Assembly: GCA_031370005.1 (NCBI GenBank)
Contig: JANMPT010000043.1
Span: 49,774 to 113,773 of the forward strand
Direction: 5' to 3'
From: Bdellovibrionales bacterium
Lineage (GTDB): Bacteria > Bdellovibrionota > Bdellovibrionia > Bdellovibrionales > Bdellovibrionaceae
Length of the DNA: 64,000 bases
Part shown: positions 29,681 to 37,925 of the stretch, piece after piece
Layout of the letters: each line of letters opens with the position of its first letter
How positions within the stretch are numbered: the first letter of the stretch is position 1
Translations under genes and position numbers: made by a program
Notes under the pieces: generated by a model
What the model saw: only the letters and a program-made list of their open reading frames with translations
What the model was told of the DNA's origin: nothing
Database searches by the model: none

Positions 29681-29704
29681 GCAATACTAAAAAGTATGGC
29701 CTAC
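29681..29704 (-). repeat. Degenerate inverted copy of the same repeat (REP doublet)
   Basis: GCAATACTAAAAAGTATGGCCTAC; forms a 14-bp hairpin with the left copy and starts with GTAG on the minus strand. Confidence 0.75.
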
Positions 29705-29747
29705 TTTTCGCTATCTCTGACATCAATTCGTTAAAAGGAAGCGACTG

Positions 29748-30386
29748 ATGCCTAAGCAAAAATTTATTCGAAGTACGGAGTTTCCCTACCATATCTCGGC
29801 CAGATCCAACAATAAAGAGTGGTTCGGTTTAGATCCAGAAGCGCTCTGGTCTATATTCAGCAACTATTTATATCTCACTCAAAGGTTATTTAATCTTGAG
29901 ATTCATGTTTTTGTTATGATGAGTAACCATTTTCACGTAATTCTCAGAACTCCTGATGCAAATTTAGATGTGGCCATGAGATATTTCATGAGGGAAACCA
30001 GTCGTGCTATAGCACATGATTTGGGTCGGATAAATCATATATATGGCGGCCCTTACCATTCGAGTTTAATTACAGATTATAGGTACTATTTAAATGCATA
30101 TAAATATGTTCTTAGAAACCCCGTAGCAGCGCGCCTGTGCGAAAAGGTCGAGGAGTATCGCTTCAGCACTCTGCATGGCCTTCTAGGGCTCAAGCACTTA
30201 CTCATCCCGATTTATGGAAGCGAAGAATTATTTTATAATACTGAAAATTTTCTCGAGTGGCTCAATATTAGCTACAAAGAAAATGAAAGCGAGGCTATTC
30301 GAAAGGCCTTAAAAAGAAAAGAGTTTAAAGTTCATACCAGTCAAAAAGATCGCAAACGAGTTGCACTTGAATCACCACAAGCCTAG
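29748..30386 (+). mobile_element. RAYT / IS200-like (Y1) HUH tyrosine transposase
   Basis: PYHISARSNN, MMSNHFH (HUH), YKYVLRNPV catalytic Tyr; flanked by inverted repeats. Confidence 0.9.
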
Positions 30387-30395
30387 GACGACTCA

Positions 30396-30423
30396 TTGCA
30401 ATACTAAAAAGAAGGCCGTACCT
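30396..30423 (-). repeat. Right 28-bp REP-like repeat of RAYT element
   Basis: TTGCAATACTAAAAAGAAGGCCGTACCT. Confidence 0.9.
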
Positions 30424-31705
30424 TCAAGAGATTTTCGGCGGTTGAGTAGTTTTCGGGGGCGATATAGAGACGATCGATGATGCGAGCGCCTTCGTAGCGA
30501 GTAAAAATTTCGGTGGATTGATCAATCGGCGCGGGCTTATCCAGTCGATCATATTGATCAACAACGAAAATCTGCATCGCACGGTCCTCCGCAGAAGCTG
30601 TGTGATATTTTGAAAGGCGCGTTTTAGAACTCGCCCAAATTGTATCGATACCCTCAGACTCGAGCATTTTCTTAATTGTCTCAGCACGACGATCCTCAGC
30701 GGTATTGTGAAATTCGACGAAAACCTTATATGGTTTTCTTTGGGCAATTCGTTGCGCCCAAGGATTATTAACACTCGCCAAGTGCTCGTGAAGTTTGTAG
30801 TCGTTATATTTTGTGTATTCTTGGATATTTGAAGGCAAAACGAAGTCACAGTCACTAGAGGTCAGGTATCTGTTCAACATCTCTTCATAGATGATGCTCT
30901 TATGGTGGAAATAAACCATCAGGTACATATGATGCCGAGAAATCAAAAAGTCATCGAAGGAATAAAGCGCGCGGCGATTTAAGGCCAAAAACATTTTTCC
31001 GTCATGAAGATGAGTTGTCATGTTCTGTAAAATCCAAGACTGATCAATTTTCCCGTAATTAGTGCCGCAGAATAAAGAGTCTCGCTCTAGATAGTCCATA
31101 CGATCCACATCCAGCTCAGAACTTACGAGCTGCGAAAGGATTGGTCGGTAATCAATTCCATTATCCTGAAAGAAGTCATCAGGGCATATTAAGGTCTTAT
31201 CAATTAAACAAGCTACATGCACGGGGCTAAGGTCTGGGAAGCGCCTGGTGATTGTCTCTGCAATCAGCGAGTCCGTCACATATTTAATAGTATAGTCCTC
31301 GTGATTGGCGCGACGATTTTTGTACATCTCAGGCCTTGTGCTCTGGGAGTAAATTTTAATTCCCAAGCTTTCCACAAGAGGCATGACTTGCTCAGTGGTA
31401 TGACTCAAAGGACCATGTCCGACATCGTGAAGCAAGGCAGCTAGGCGAAAGGCCTGACGGAGCCTCAGGCGAGTAGCGTTCTTAGAAAAAGGCAAGGCCT
31501 TAAAAATAGAATCAAAAGCCAAGCCTGCTAAATGAGCGACGCCGACAGAATGTAAATAGCGATTATGAGTGGCCCCTGGAAAGCTGAATTCGGCAAATCC
31601 CAATTGCTTAATAGCGCGGAGACGTTGGTATTCGGCCGTATCTAAAACAGCAACCTCTGCGTCGGAATAGTAAATGGAGCCATGAATGGGGTCTCTAATT
31701 TCCAT
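30404..31705 (-). CDS. HD-domain phosphohydrolase (SAMHD1/dNTPase-like)
   Basis: IRDPIHG, QRLRAIKQLG, HNRYLHS, LLHDVGHGPLSH, DVDRMDYLERD, VYFH. Confidence 0.92.
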   Translation of the reverse strand: MEIRDPIHGSIYYSDAEVAVLDTAEYQRLRAIKQLGFAEFSFPGATHNRYLHSVGVAHLAGLAFDSIFKALPFSKNATRLRLRQAFRLAALLHDVGHGPLSHTTEQVMPLVESLGIKIYSQSTRPEMYKNRRANHEDYTIKYVTDSLIAETITRRFPDLSPVHVACLIDKTLICPDDFFQDNGIDYRPILSQLVSSELDVDRMDYLERDSLFCGTNYGKIDQSWILQNMTTHLHDGKMFLALNRRALYSFDDFLISRHHMYLMVYFHHKSIIYEEMLNRYLTSSDCDFVLPSNIQEYTKYNDYKLHEHLASVNNPWAQRIAQRKPYKVFVEFHNTAEDRRAETIKKMLESEGIDTIWASSKTRLSKYHTASAEDRAMQIFVVDQYDRLDKPAPIDQSTEIFTRYEGARIIDRLYIAPENYSTAENLLKVRPSF

Positions 31706-31716
31706 GAAAAAAAACT

Positions 31717-32091
31717 TTACCCGGCGCACTTAGGAATAGCAAGAATATAGCCTGTTTCCTCAGCATTGAGGCCAAAGCTTTGAATTTTTAGCGCCTGTAG
31801 CTGAGTCTTATCGGGCATACGTGAAACCGTAGTCAGTTCATAAGAAGTAAAGGGGCTTGAGCCGCAACGGCGATTTGTGTAGGTGAGACGGCACTGGGCC
31901 TTGTTCACGGCGATTTTTAAATCAGCATCCGTATTTCTTTTGAGGATCTCTGCCTGCTGAACAAGGTGTTTTGTATTGCAAGCAGACTTTGTGGCGTTTG
32001 CGAAACTCGTTTTGCTAAAGAGCGCAGATAGAATAAAAACCACTAGAATTTGCAAAGTGCGCATCGGCATTGAGTGTCTTTTTATAATCAT
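31717..32091 (-). CDS. Small hypothetical secreted protein with 4 Cys
   Basis: GGGGG RBS, signal peptide ending SFA. Confidence 0.55.
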   Translation of the reverse strand: MIIKRHSMPMRTLQILVVFILSALFSKTSFANATKSACNTKHLVQQAEILKRNTDADLKIAVNKAQCRLTYTNRRCGSSPFTSYELTTVSRMPDKTQLQALKIQSFGLNAEETGYILAIPKCAG

Positions 32092-32125
32092 AAGTAGCCC
32101 CCTTATTTATTGTTACCTATGACAA

Positions 32126-32141
32126 AGCAAAAGACGGGCCG
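32126..32141 (-). promoter_or_regulatory. Sigma54-like promoter
   Basis: CGGCCCG-TCTT-TTGCT with GG-N10-GC spacing. Confidence 0.5.
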
Positions 32142-32319
32142 GCTGAGAGTCCCCTTATTTGGTTTTTAGGGCGCAAAGAGAGCCTCTTTACGTCATTTTC
32201 TGCTGCAATCTGGAGTTATTTACAAAGAGGTATTTCTGTCTTGAAATCGAGTAGAGTCGTCAGGGCGCTCAAACTAAAGAGTCTTTAGTCCAGATTTTCT
32301 CAAAAAGGGATAATCTCAC

Positions 32320-32346
32320 TTTAGGATTTTCAAAGCATTCCGATGA
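32320..32346 (+). promoter_or_regulatory. Sigma28-like promoter of flagellin 1
   Basis: TTTA-N15-TCCGATGA about 90 nt upstream of the flagellin ATG. Confidence 0.5.
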
Positions 32347-32436
32347 GTAAGTTAAGAGTAACTGCCCATTCAGGTGCTAAGACGGCACCCCGAGTTTCAA
32401 GGATCGAAACTTGTGAATCTTCAAGGAGGAGGAACT

Positions 32437-33285
32437 ATGGGTCTTCGTATTAATACGAATACAGCTTCGTTAAACTCACAGCGAGTACTGTGGGGAACGA
32501 AGTTAGGTCTCGATAAGAGCATGGAAAGGCTCTCTTCGGGTTTCCGCATCAACCGTGCAGGTGATGATGCCGCTGGACTAGCGATCTCTGAAAACCTCAG
32601 AGCACAAATTCGCGGTCTAAAACAATCTTCGCGAAATGCTCAAGATGGTATCTCTCTAGTCCAAGTGGCAGAGGGATCGATGAATGAGATCTCTTCGATC
32701 TTAATTCGACTCAGAGAGCTTTCTGTGCAAGCTGCTTCCGACACGGTTGGGCCCACAGAGCGACAGTTCCTTAATGTGGAGTATGATCAGCTCACGTCAG
32801 AGATTGATCGTATTGCCGAAGGGACAGAGTTCAATGGAACTCAACTGCTAGCAGGGGTTGGGTCTATCTTGGACTTCCAGGTTGGTACCAGAAATAATCC
32901 AGAAATTGATCGGATTTCTTTCGACGCGTCTAAAGCGGATGCAAGCTCTGCAGCTTTAGGGGTTAATCTGACAAGTGTCGCCGACAAGGCCTCTGCACAA
33001 AATGCTTTGGCTGCGATTGATACAGCGATTGTATCAGTTTCTGCGATGCGAGCAGACTTTGGAGCGATTCAGAACCGTCTGACGTCCACTGTAAGTAACA
33101 TTCAAGTCAGTGTAGAGAATATGTCTGCTGCAAACAGCCGTATCAAAGACGTGGATGTAGCGGAAGAGACTTCTGAAATGACTAGAAATAATATCTTGTT
33201 ACAGGCCGGAACATCCGTCTTGGCACAAGCGAATCAGCAAGCAAATGTAGCACTTTCACTCTTGAACAAGTCCTTCCAAGGTTAA
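32437..33285 (+). CDS. fliC: Flagellin (short, 282 aa)
   Basis: MGLRINTN, RLSSGFRINRAGDDAAGLAISE, SRIKDVDVAEE; GGAGG RBS before ATG 32437. Confidence 0.97.
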   Translation: MGLRINTNTASLNSQRVLWGTKLGLDKSMERLSSGFRINRAGDDAAGLAISENLRAQIRGLKQSSRNAQDGISLVQVAEGSMNEISSILIRLRELSVQAASDTVGPTERQFLNVEYDQLTSEIDRIAEGTEFNGTQLLAGVGSILDFQVGTRNNPEIDRISFDASKADASSAALGVNLTSVADKASAQNALAAIDTAIVSVSAMRADFGAIQNRLTSTVSNIQVSVENMSAANSRIKDVDVAEETSEMTRNNILLQAGTSVLAQANQQANVALSLLNKSFQG

Positions 33286-33582
33286 TCCATTCGGATTAAC
33301 TTTTGAACGACCCAGGTTCTCGATCTTGAACTTCAAGATCACCCTCAAGAGCTAAGGCTTGTTACACGAAACGTGTTGACTGTATTGATCTGTTTCCTGC
33401 GCATGGGGCTGCTATGCAGCCCCATATTTAAAAGGTCTTGTTTTTTGTCTCAAAACAGATGCATGGATGCATCTCGTGCAAGGACCCTCATCTCTTCAAA
33501 GCATAGAACGTGCTTTGCTGTCAGAAGAAATCTAAATTTTAGATTTCATTTTTTCGTTTATTTTAATTTAAAAAAACTGGAC

Positions 33583-33610
33583 TCGAGATCGCTTGAAATT
33601 ATTCCGATAA
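33583..33610 (+). promoter_or_regulatory. Sigma28-like promoter of flagellin 2
   Basis: TCGAG-N15-TCCGATAA. Confidence 0.55.
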
Positions 33611-33719
33611 GAGACTGGGCCCTATACTAAATTTAAAAACAATTACAGGTACATGATGTGCCTTATTGCCAATGGATGGCAAAGATCACCGGAGGATCAA
33701 ATGCAACAAGGAGGATGAT

Positions 33720-34553
33720 ATGGGTATGAGAATTACAACGAACGTCGCTGCGCTGAATGCTCAAAAGAATTTGGGCATGACGCAAAGATCGATGAATACT
33801 TCGATGGCTCGCTTGTCTTCAGGACTGAGGATTAATCAAGCCGCCGATGATGCTGCGGGGCTCGCTATTTCTGAGAACCTAAAAGCGCAAATTCGCGGCC
33901 TTCGGCAGGCCAATAGAAATGCCAATGATGGTATTTCTCTTGTACAAGTGGCTGAGGGTAGTTTGAACGAAGTTTCAAATATGCTAATTCGCCTAAGAGA
34001 ATTGGGTGTTCAATCGGCATCTGATACTATCGGAGATACAGAAAGAAAGTTTTTGGACGTAGAGTATCAGCAGCTAAAGTCTGAGATTCAACGCGTGACT
34101 GAGTCAACAAATTTTAATGGATACGATTTGTTAAATGGTACTGGCGGTGTAATTGACATTCAAGTCGGCACTCACAATGATCCTTTTAAAGATCGGATTT
34201 CTTTTAATGCCGCGGCGGCAAATGCGACGCTGGAGTCCTTGGGTCTAGTATCTGAGAGTGCTGCCACGAAAGAAGGTGCGCAACTCAGTTTGGACGTAGT
34301 TGATCAGGCGTTGGTTTCTGTGAATGCGATCCGTGCAAACTTCGGAGCCATGCAAAACCGTCTGACATCAACTTCGAATAACTTGTTGGTTTCTGATGAG
34401 AACTTATCTGCTGCGAACTCTCGTATCCGCGATACTGACGTAGCTGCAGAGACTACTGAGATGACAAGAAATAGTATTTTGCTGCAAGCTGGAATTTCGG
34501 TTCTAGGGCAAGCGAATAACTCTCAGCAGATGGCATTGAAGTTGTTAGGATAA
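33720..34553 (+). CDS. fliC: Flagellin (short, 277 aa)
   Basis: MGMRITTN, RLSSGLRINQAADDAAGLAISE, SRIRDTDVA; AGGAGG RBS. Confidence 0.97.
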   Translation: MGMRITTNVAALNAQKNLGMTQRSMNTSMARLSSGLRINQAADDAAGLAISENLKAQIRGLRQANRNANDGISLVQVAEGSLNEVSNMLIRLRELGVQSASDTIGDTERKFLDVEYQQLKSEIQRVTESTNFNGYDLLNGTGGVIDIQVGTHNDPFKDRISFNAAAANATLESLGLVSESAATKEGAQLSLDVVDQALVSVNAIRANFGAMQNRLTSTSNNLLVSDENLSAANSRIRDTDVAAETTEMTRNSILLQAGISVLGQANNSQQMALKLLG

Positions 34554-34573
34554 TAAATCAGCAGCGATTCTGG

Positions 34574-34602
34574 AAGGGCCATGGAGCACCATGGCCCTTT
34601 TT
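34574..34602 (+). terminator. Intrinsic terminator between convergent genes
   Basis: AAGGGCCATGG-AGCA-CCATGGCCCTT followed by T run. Confidence 0.85.
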
Positions 34603-35412
34603 CTAAGGAAGCGTGTTGATACTTTGATTTGGAAGATTAGGAAAATCACGGTTTTCCAATACGGCTTTTGCCAAAGGGCCGTTGATTTTATAAAACCGAA
34701 GGTGAGTATTTTTGTCACCAAGACCAATTTTTGTAAACGGATTTTCATTGTCCCTCCAGCTGAAGTAGCCAGAGAAAAAGTCAAAGCGGCCTTCCCCTAC
34801 AATTGCACGGCCGGTATCGCGAACAATAAAATACCCATTGTGTTTGCTTCCGTTTGGAAGATTTAAGCCACGCAAATTTGGGATATAAATTACATCTCCA
34901 GGTGTATAGATTTTTAAATCTGCAGCGACGGTGTAGAAGGGATCTAAACAGGAGCTCTTCACGCCATAGCCAAACTTGCATGCGGTATTTGTTGTTTCAA
35001 AAAAATGATCTTGGCCGTTTACGCGGTTGGCGATATTAAAGGCGCGAAGTTTTGTTTTTTGGACAATGGCACAAGATCCTTGCAGAGCGCACTCCTCATA
35101 AGTTCGCGAACAAACTTGCGCTAAAACAGCGCCATTAGTAGCAAGGAGATTTTTTTTTGTGCCACAGAGATTTTCGTCTTCATTAAAAATTGGAAAATAA
35201 TAGATTGTAGGCTTAATTACTCCAGAAGAAACAACACTGCTGTTTAGTTTACCTGCAGCCTTGTCTTCAACCATTGCAAAGCCTACAGTGTCTGCTGTGC
35301 TCGACGTCAATTGTAGTGTTGGCTTATTAAATCCCTTTTGACCACAGGCGGTTAAACCCCCAAGCAGAGCAAGTAGGATCATTCTTATTTTTAAGTTTTT
35401 TTTGAGTGTCAC
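34603..35412 (-). CDS. Lipoprotein with 3D domain (MltA-like)
   Basis: Lipobox LTAC; VAAD, VRDTGRAI, RFDFF three-Asp motifs. Confidence 0.8.
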   Translation of the reverse strand: MTLKKNLKIRMILLALLGGLTACGQKGFNKPTLQLTSSTADTVGFAMVEDKAAGKLNSSVVSSGVIKPTIYYFPIFNEDENLCGTKKNLLATNGAVLAQVCSRTYEECALQGSCAIVQKTKLRAFNIANRVNGQDHFFETTNTACKFGYGVKSSCLDPFYTVAADLKIYTPGDVIYIPNLRGLNLPNGSKHNGYFIVRDTGRAIVGEGRFDFFSGYFSWRDNENPFTKIGLGDKNTHLRFYKINGPLAKAVLENRDFPNLPNQSINTLP

Positions 35413-35556
35413 CTGTCATGCTCCTAGGTTAAGTCTTTACCTACTTTAGCAAAAAAAAGTGAATGTGCAGGCTTAAACTCATGAGTATGAAAAGAAGAAA
35501 AATCAGTGACAAAATTGAGCCCGTCATAGGCTTTGGTTTGCCAATGCATGCTGAGA

Positions 35557-37029
35557 TCAACTGTAGGTGGTGTTTCTAAGTAAAAAGGCATCCGCAGCTT
35601 TCCAGAGCTGTTCTTTTTGTTCTGAAGGCAAATGCAGTAGTTTTTTAACAACAACCGCCAGTTTTGGTCTTTTATTGAAGAAATCCTGGTGCTTATCGAC
35701 AAAGCGCCAATACAACCCATCGACCTCTTGGCACCACTCACCCTTTGTGTAGGTGCTAATTTTGAGCCAATAATTCGATCGGTAGAGATGAGGCCCAATG
35801 CCATTGATGTTAGGGCTCATAGCCCAGGGCGTGGCGTCCAAGTGCATTTCCATAAACCAGCGACGAGCCTCAGCGGGGTTTATCTCCGCGAGGTTCATCA
35901 TATTGCCGAGGACTTTAAGCCTTTCCGTGTGATGATTGTATGAAAGCCGAATGGCTTTTTTAATAGCATCATCAAGGGGTGGAACTTTTGTTTTACCCAG
36001 ATACCAGTTTTCGTTAGGGATTCGATTGTGTTTCCAGAAATTACTTTGCTCTTGGTGCTCGTGAAAGTTTTGATAAATACCATGCACGTACTCACGGTAC
36101 CCGATGATTTTTTTTATAAAACGTTCAAGCGAGTTCAGCGGAACTGGCTTTTCAGAAGAATAGCTCAGCACAGTCTCAAGAATTTCGCTGGGCGTGAGCA
36201 GTCCTACGTTCAGTGAGGGAGAAAGAACAGAGTGAAAAAGGAAGTCTTGATGTGGGCAAAGGGCGTCCTCATAGGGGCCATACTCTGCCAAACGATATTT
36301 ACAAAAATCCATCAGAGCCTCGTGGGTCGCCTTCCGACTGGTTGGATACCAAGCAGTGATCGCCTCGCCGCGGTGATCTGAGAATTCTTTGTCGACTAGA
36401 AGAATGACCTTATGATCAATTTCGTCATGGCCAGGGAATGGAAATTTCGGAGCGCCGCTTTCATGAGACCACTTAAGGCGGGCTTCGTCGTCAAAACTAA
36501 ATTGCCCGCCAACAGGCTCGCCACTTGGCTCCATTAAAATATTTAATTTACTACGTTGATCTTCGTAAAAGCTTTTTAGAAAGGGGCGCGAGTGCTGCTC
36601 TAAGTAGCTTTTAAAGTCAATTCGTGAAACTAAAAACTGTGGGCTTGCTTTGATTTCAAGTTCATAGCCATTTAAGTCGCAAAATTTGCGAATCCGCTTT
36701 TCAAAAGCGCCATCTTCGATTTCGAAGCTAACGATTTTATCCAGAGAACTTTCCTTGAGGACTTTTTCTAAAATCTTTTCGTAAGAAAGCCCTTTGGTAT
36801 CCGGGAGCTCTAAATAGATCAAGTTGTAGTCGTAGTGGCGAACCTCATGAGCATAATGCCTCATCGCAGAGAGATAAAATACCAGGCGATGTTTGTGAAA
36901 TTTATAGGACTCTAGTTGCTCGCGATCTTCGATCATTAAAAAAAGGTCATTTTCATGTCCTTTGAGGTAAGTTGTTGGAAATAAATGTCCGTTTTGAATG
37001 AGGAAAAGGCTTTTTGATCCATTCTTCAT
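35557..37029 (-). CDS. Cryptochrome/photolyase family protein (PhrB/CryB-related), divergent
   Basis: HKHRLVFYLSAMRHYA, YGPYEDA, LFHSVLSPSLNVGLLTP, YNHHTERL. Start at MKNG after GGAG. Confidence 0.85.
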   Translation of the reverse strand: MKNGSKSLFLIQNGHLFPTTYLKGHENDLFLMIEDREQLESYKFHKHRLVFYLSAMRHYAHEVRHYDYNLIYLELPDTKGLSYEKILEKVLKESSLDKIVSFEIEDGAFEKRIRKFCDLNGYELEIKASPQFLVSRIDFKSYLEQHSRPFLKSFYEDQRSKLNILMEPSGEPVGGQFSFDDEARLKWSHESGAPKFPFPGHDEIDHKVILLVDKEFSDHRGEAITAWYPTSRKATHEALMDFCKYRLAEYGPYEDALCPHQDFLFHSVLSPSLNVGLLTPSEILETVLSYSSEKPVPLNSLERFIKKIIGYREYVHGIYQNFHEHQEQSNFWKHNRIPNENWYLGKTKVPPLDDAIKKAIRLSYNHHTERLKVLGNMMNLAEINPAEARRWFMEMHLDATPWAMSPNINGIGPHLYRSNYWLKISTYTKGEWCQEVDGLYWRFVDKHQDFFNKRPKLAVVVKKLLHLPSEQKEQLWKAADAFLLRNTTYS

Positions 37030-37128
37030 AGAGTCTCCAATCCAAATTTCAAAATAACAAGGCCACCAAAAAAGACCAATTGAGATAGCGAGAACTGTCA
37101 AAAGACTGTATAAGAAGATGGTTTAGTT

Positions 37129-37914
37129 TTACTCAGCTTCTTTCGACAAGGCGGATTCAAGTTTTTCCCAGAGTATGGGGTTTAACAGCTCAGAGCCAAT
37201 TAAAAATACAGGCTCATTTTCCCTCAGACGTCCTTTGCGCGCTTCAGACGGAATACGACCAACGCCTCCAACATTATCAAACCAAGATTTGCGTATAGCT
37301 AGAGAGTTTGAAATAAACAAGAACTCAAAATTTTCAAGATCCTTCTTTTGAGCGCGGCCAAATTCAAAGGTCGAATAGACCCCGAATTTTTTATTGCTAC
37401 TTACTTTTTCAAGAACTTGAGAGCCAATTTCTAAGAGATACCGGAACTTTTGGCGCCCAGGAATTTTCGAAGTAAAAATCATGTCCAGATTGCCTGACAA
37501 GAAATTTGAATCCAATTCATTCAAATCATAGATATCGAGACTTATTTTTTTAATCCCGATATCTTCAAAACAAACCTTCGAGGTATCGATGGCAAAGTTT
37601 GCCATGCCTTCAAGAGTTCCAATGTGAACTTCAGCGACGGCATTATTTTGGCTGAGGCCTTGAAGTTCGGCGCCTAGGCGGCGAGTAGAGCGATCAAAAA
37701 TTCCTGACATTTCAAAAGCAATCGGAGTCCAACTTGATTTTCTTTTTGCCGAACGGTCAAGAAGGATCACTTTAAAGGCCTCTTCAATCCGAGCAACAAT
37801 ACGTGAAAGCTGAGGTTGACTGAGCCCAACATGAACAGCGGCAGCGGAAAGATTTTTGAAGTGAATCGCTTTTGCTAAGACACTGAGCTCATAATAAAGT
37901 TGCTGCATAAACAT
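37129..37914 (-). CDS. LysR-family transcriptional regulator
   Basis: NLSAAAVHVGLSQPQLSRIVARIEE HTH. Confidence 0.85.
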   Translation of the reverse strand: MFMQQLYYELSVLAKAIHFKNLSAAAVHVGLSQPQLSRIVARIEEAFKVILLDRSAKRKSSWTPIAFEMSGIFDRSTRRLGAELQGLSQNNAVAEVHIGTLEGMANFAIDTSKVCFEDIGIKKISLDIYDLNELDSNFLSGNLDMIFTSKIPGRQKFRYLLEIGSQVLEKVSSNKKFGVYSTFEFGRAQKKDLENFEFLFISNSLAIRKSWFDNVGGVGRIPSEARKGRLRENEPVFLIGSELLNPILWEKLESALSKEAE

Positions 37915-37925
37915 CCCAATCGATA

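Noticed and set aside
29652..30423. Classical DDE insertion sequence with terminal inverted repeats
   Set aside because: The encoded protein has HUH/Tyr motifs rather than DDE, and no flanking target-site duplication is evident.
5506..33456. Recurrent TGTCTCA-like words upstream of sigma28-like promoters (about 5506, 32237, 33446)
   Set aside because: Too degenerate and too few to separate from background without a genome-wide motif search.
33373..33630. 85-aa ORF between the flagellins
   Set aside because: Runs through hairpins and the sigma28-like promoter and has no protein-like features.
35424..35804. 126-aa ORF overlapping the photolyase 3' end
   Set aside because: Alternative frame of a supported gene; the photolyase ends in a plausible C-terminus, so no frameshift is needed.
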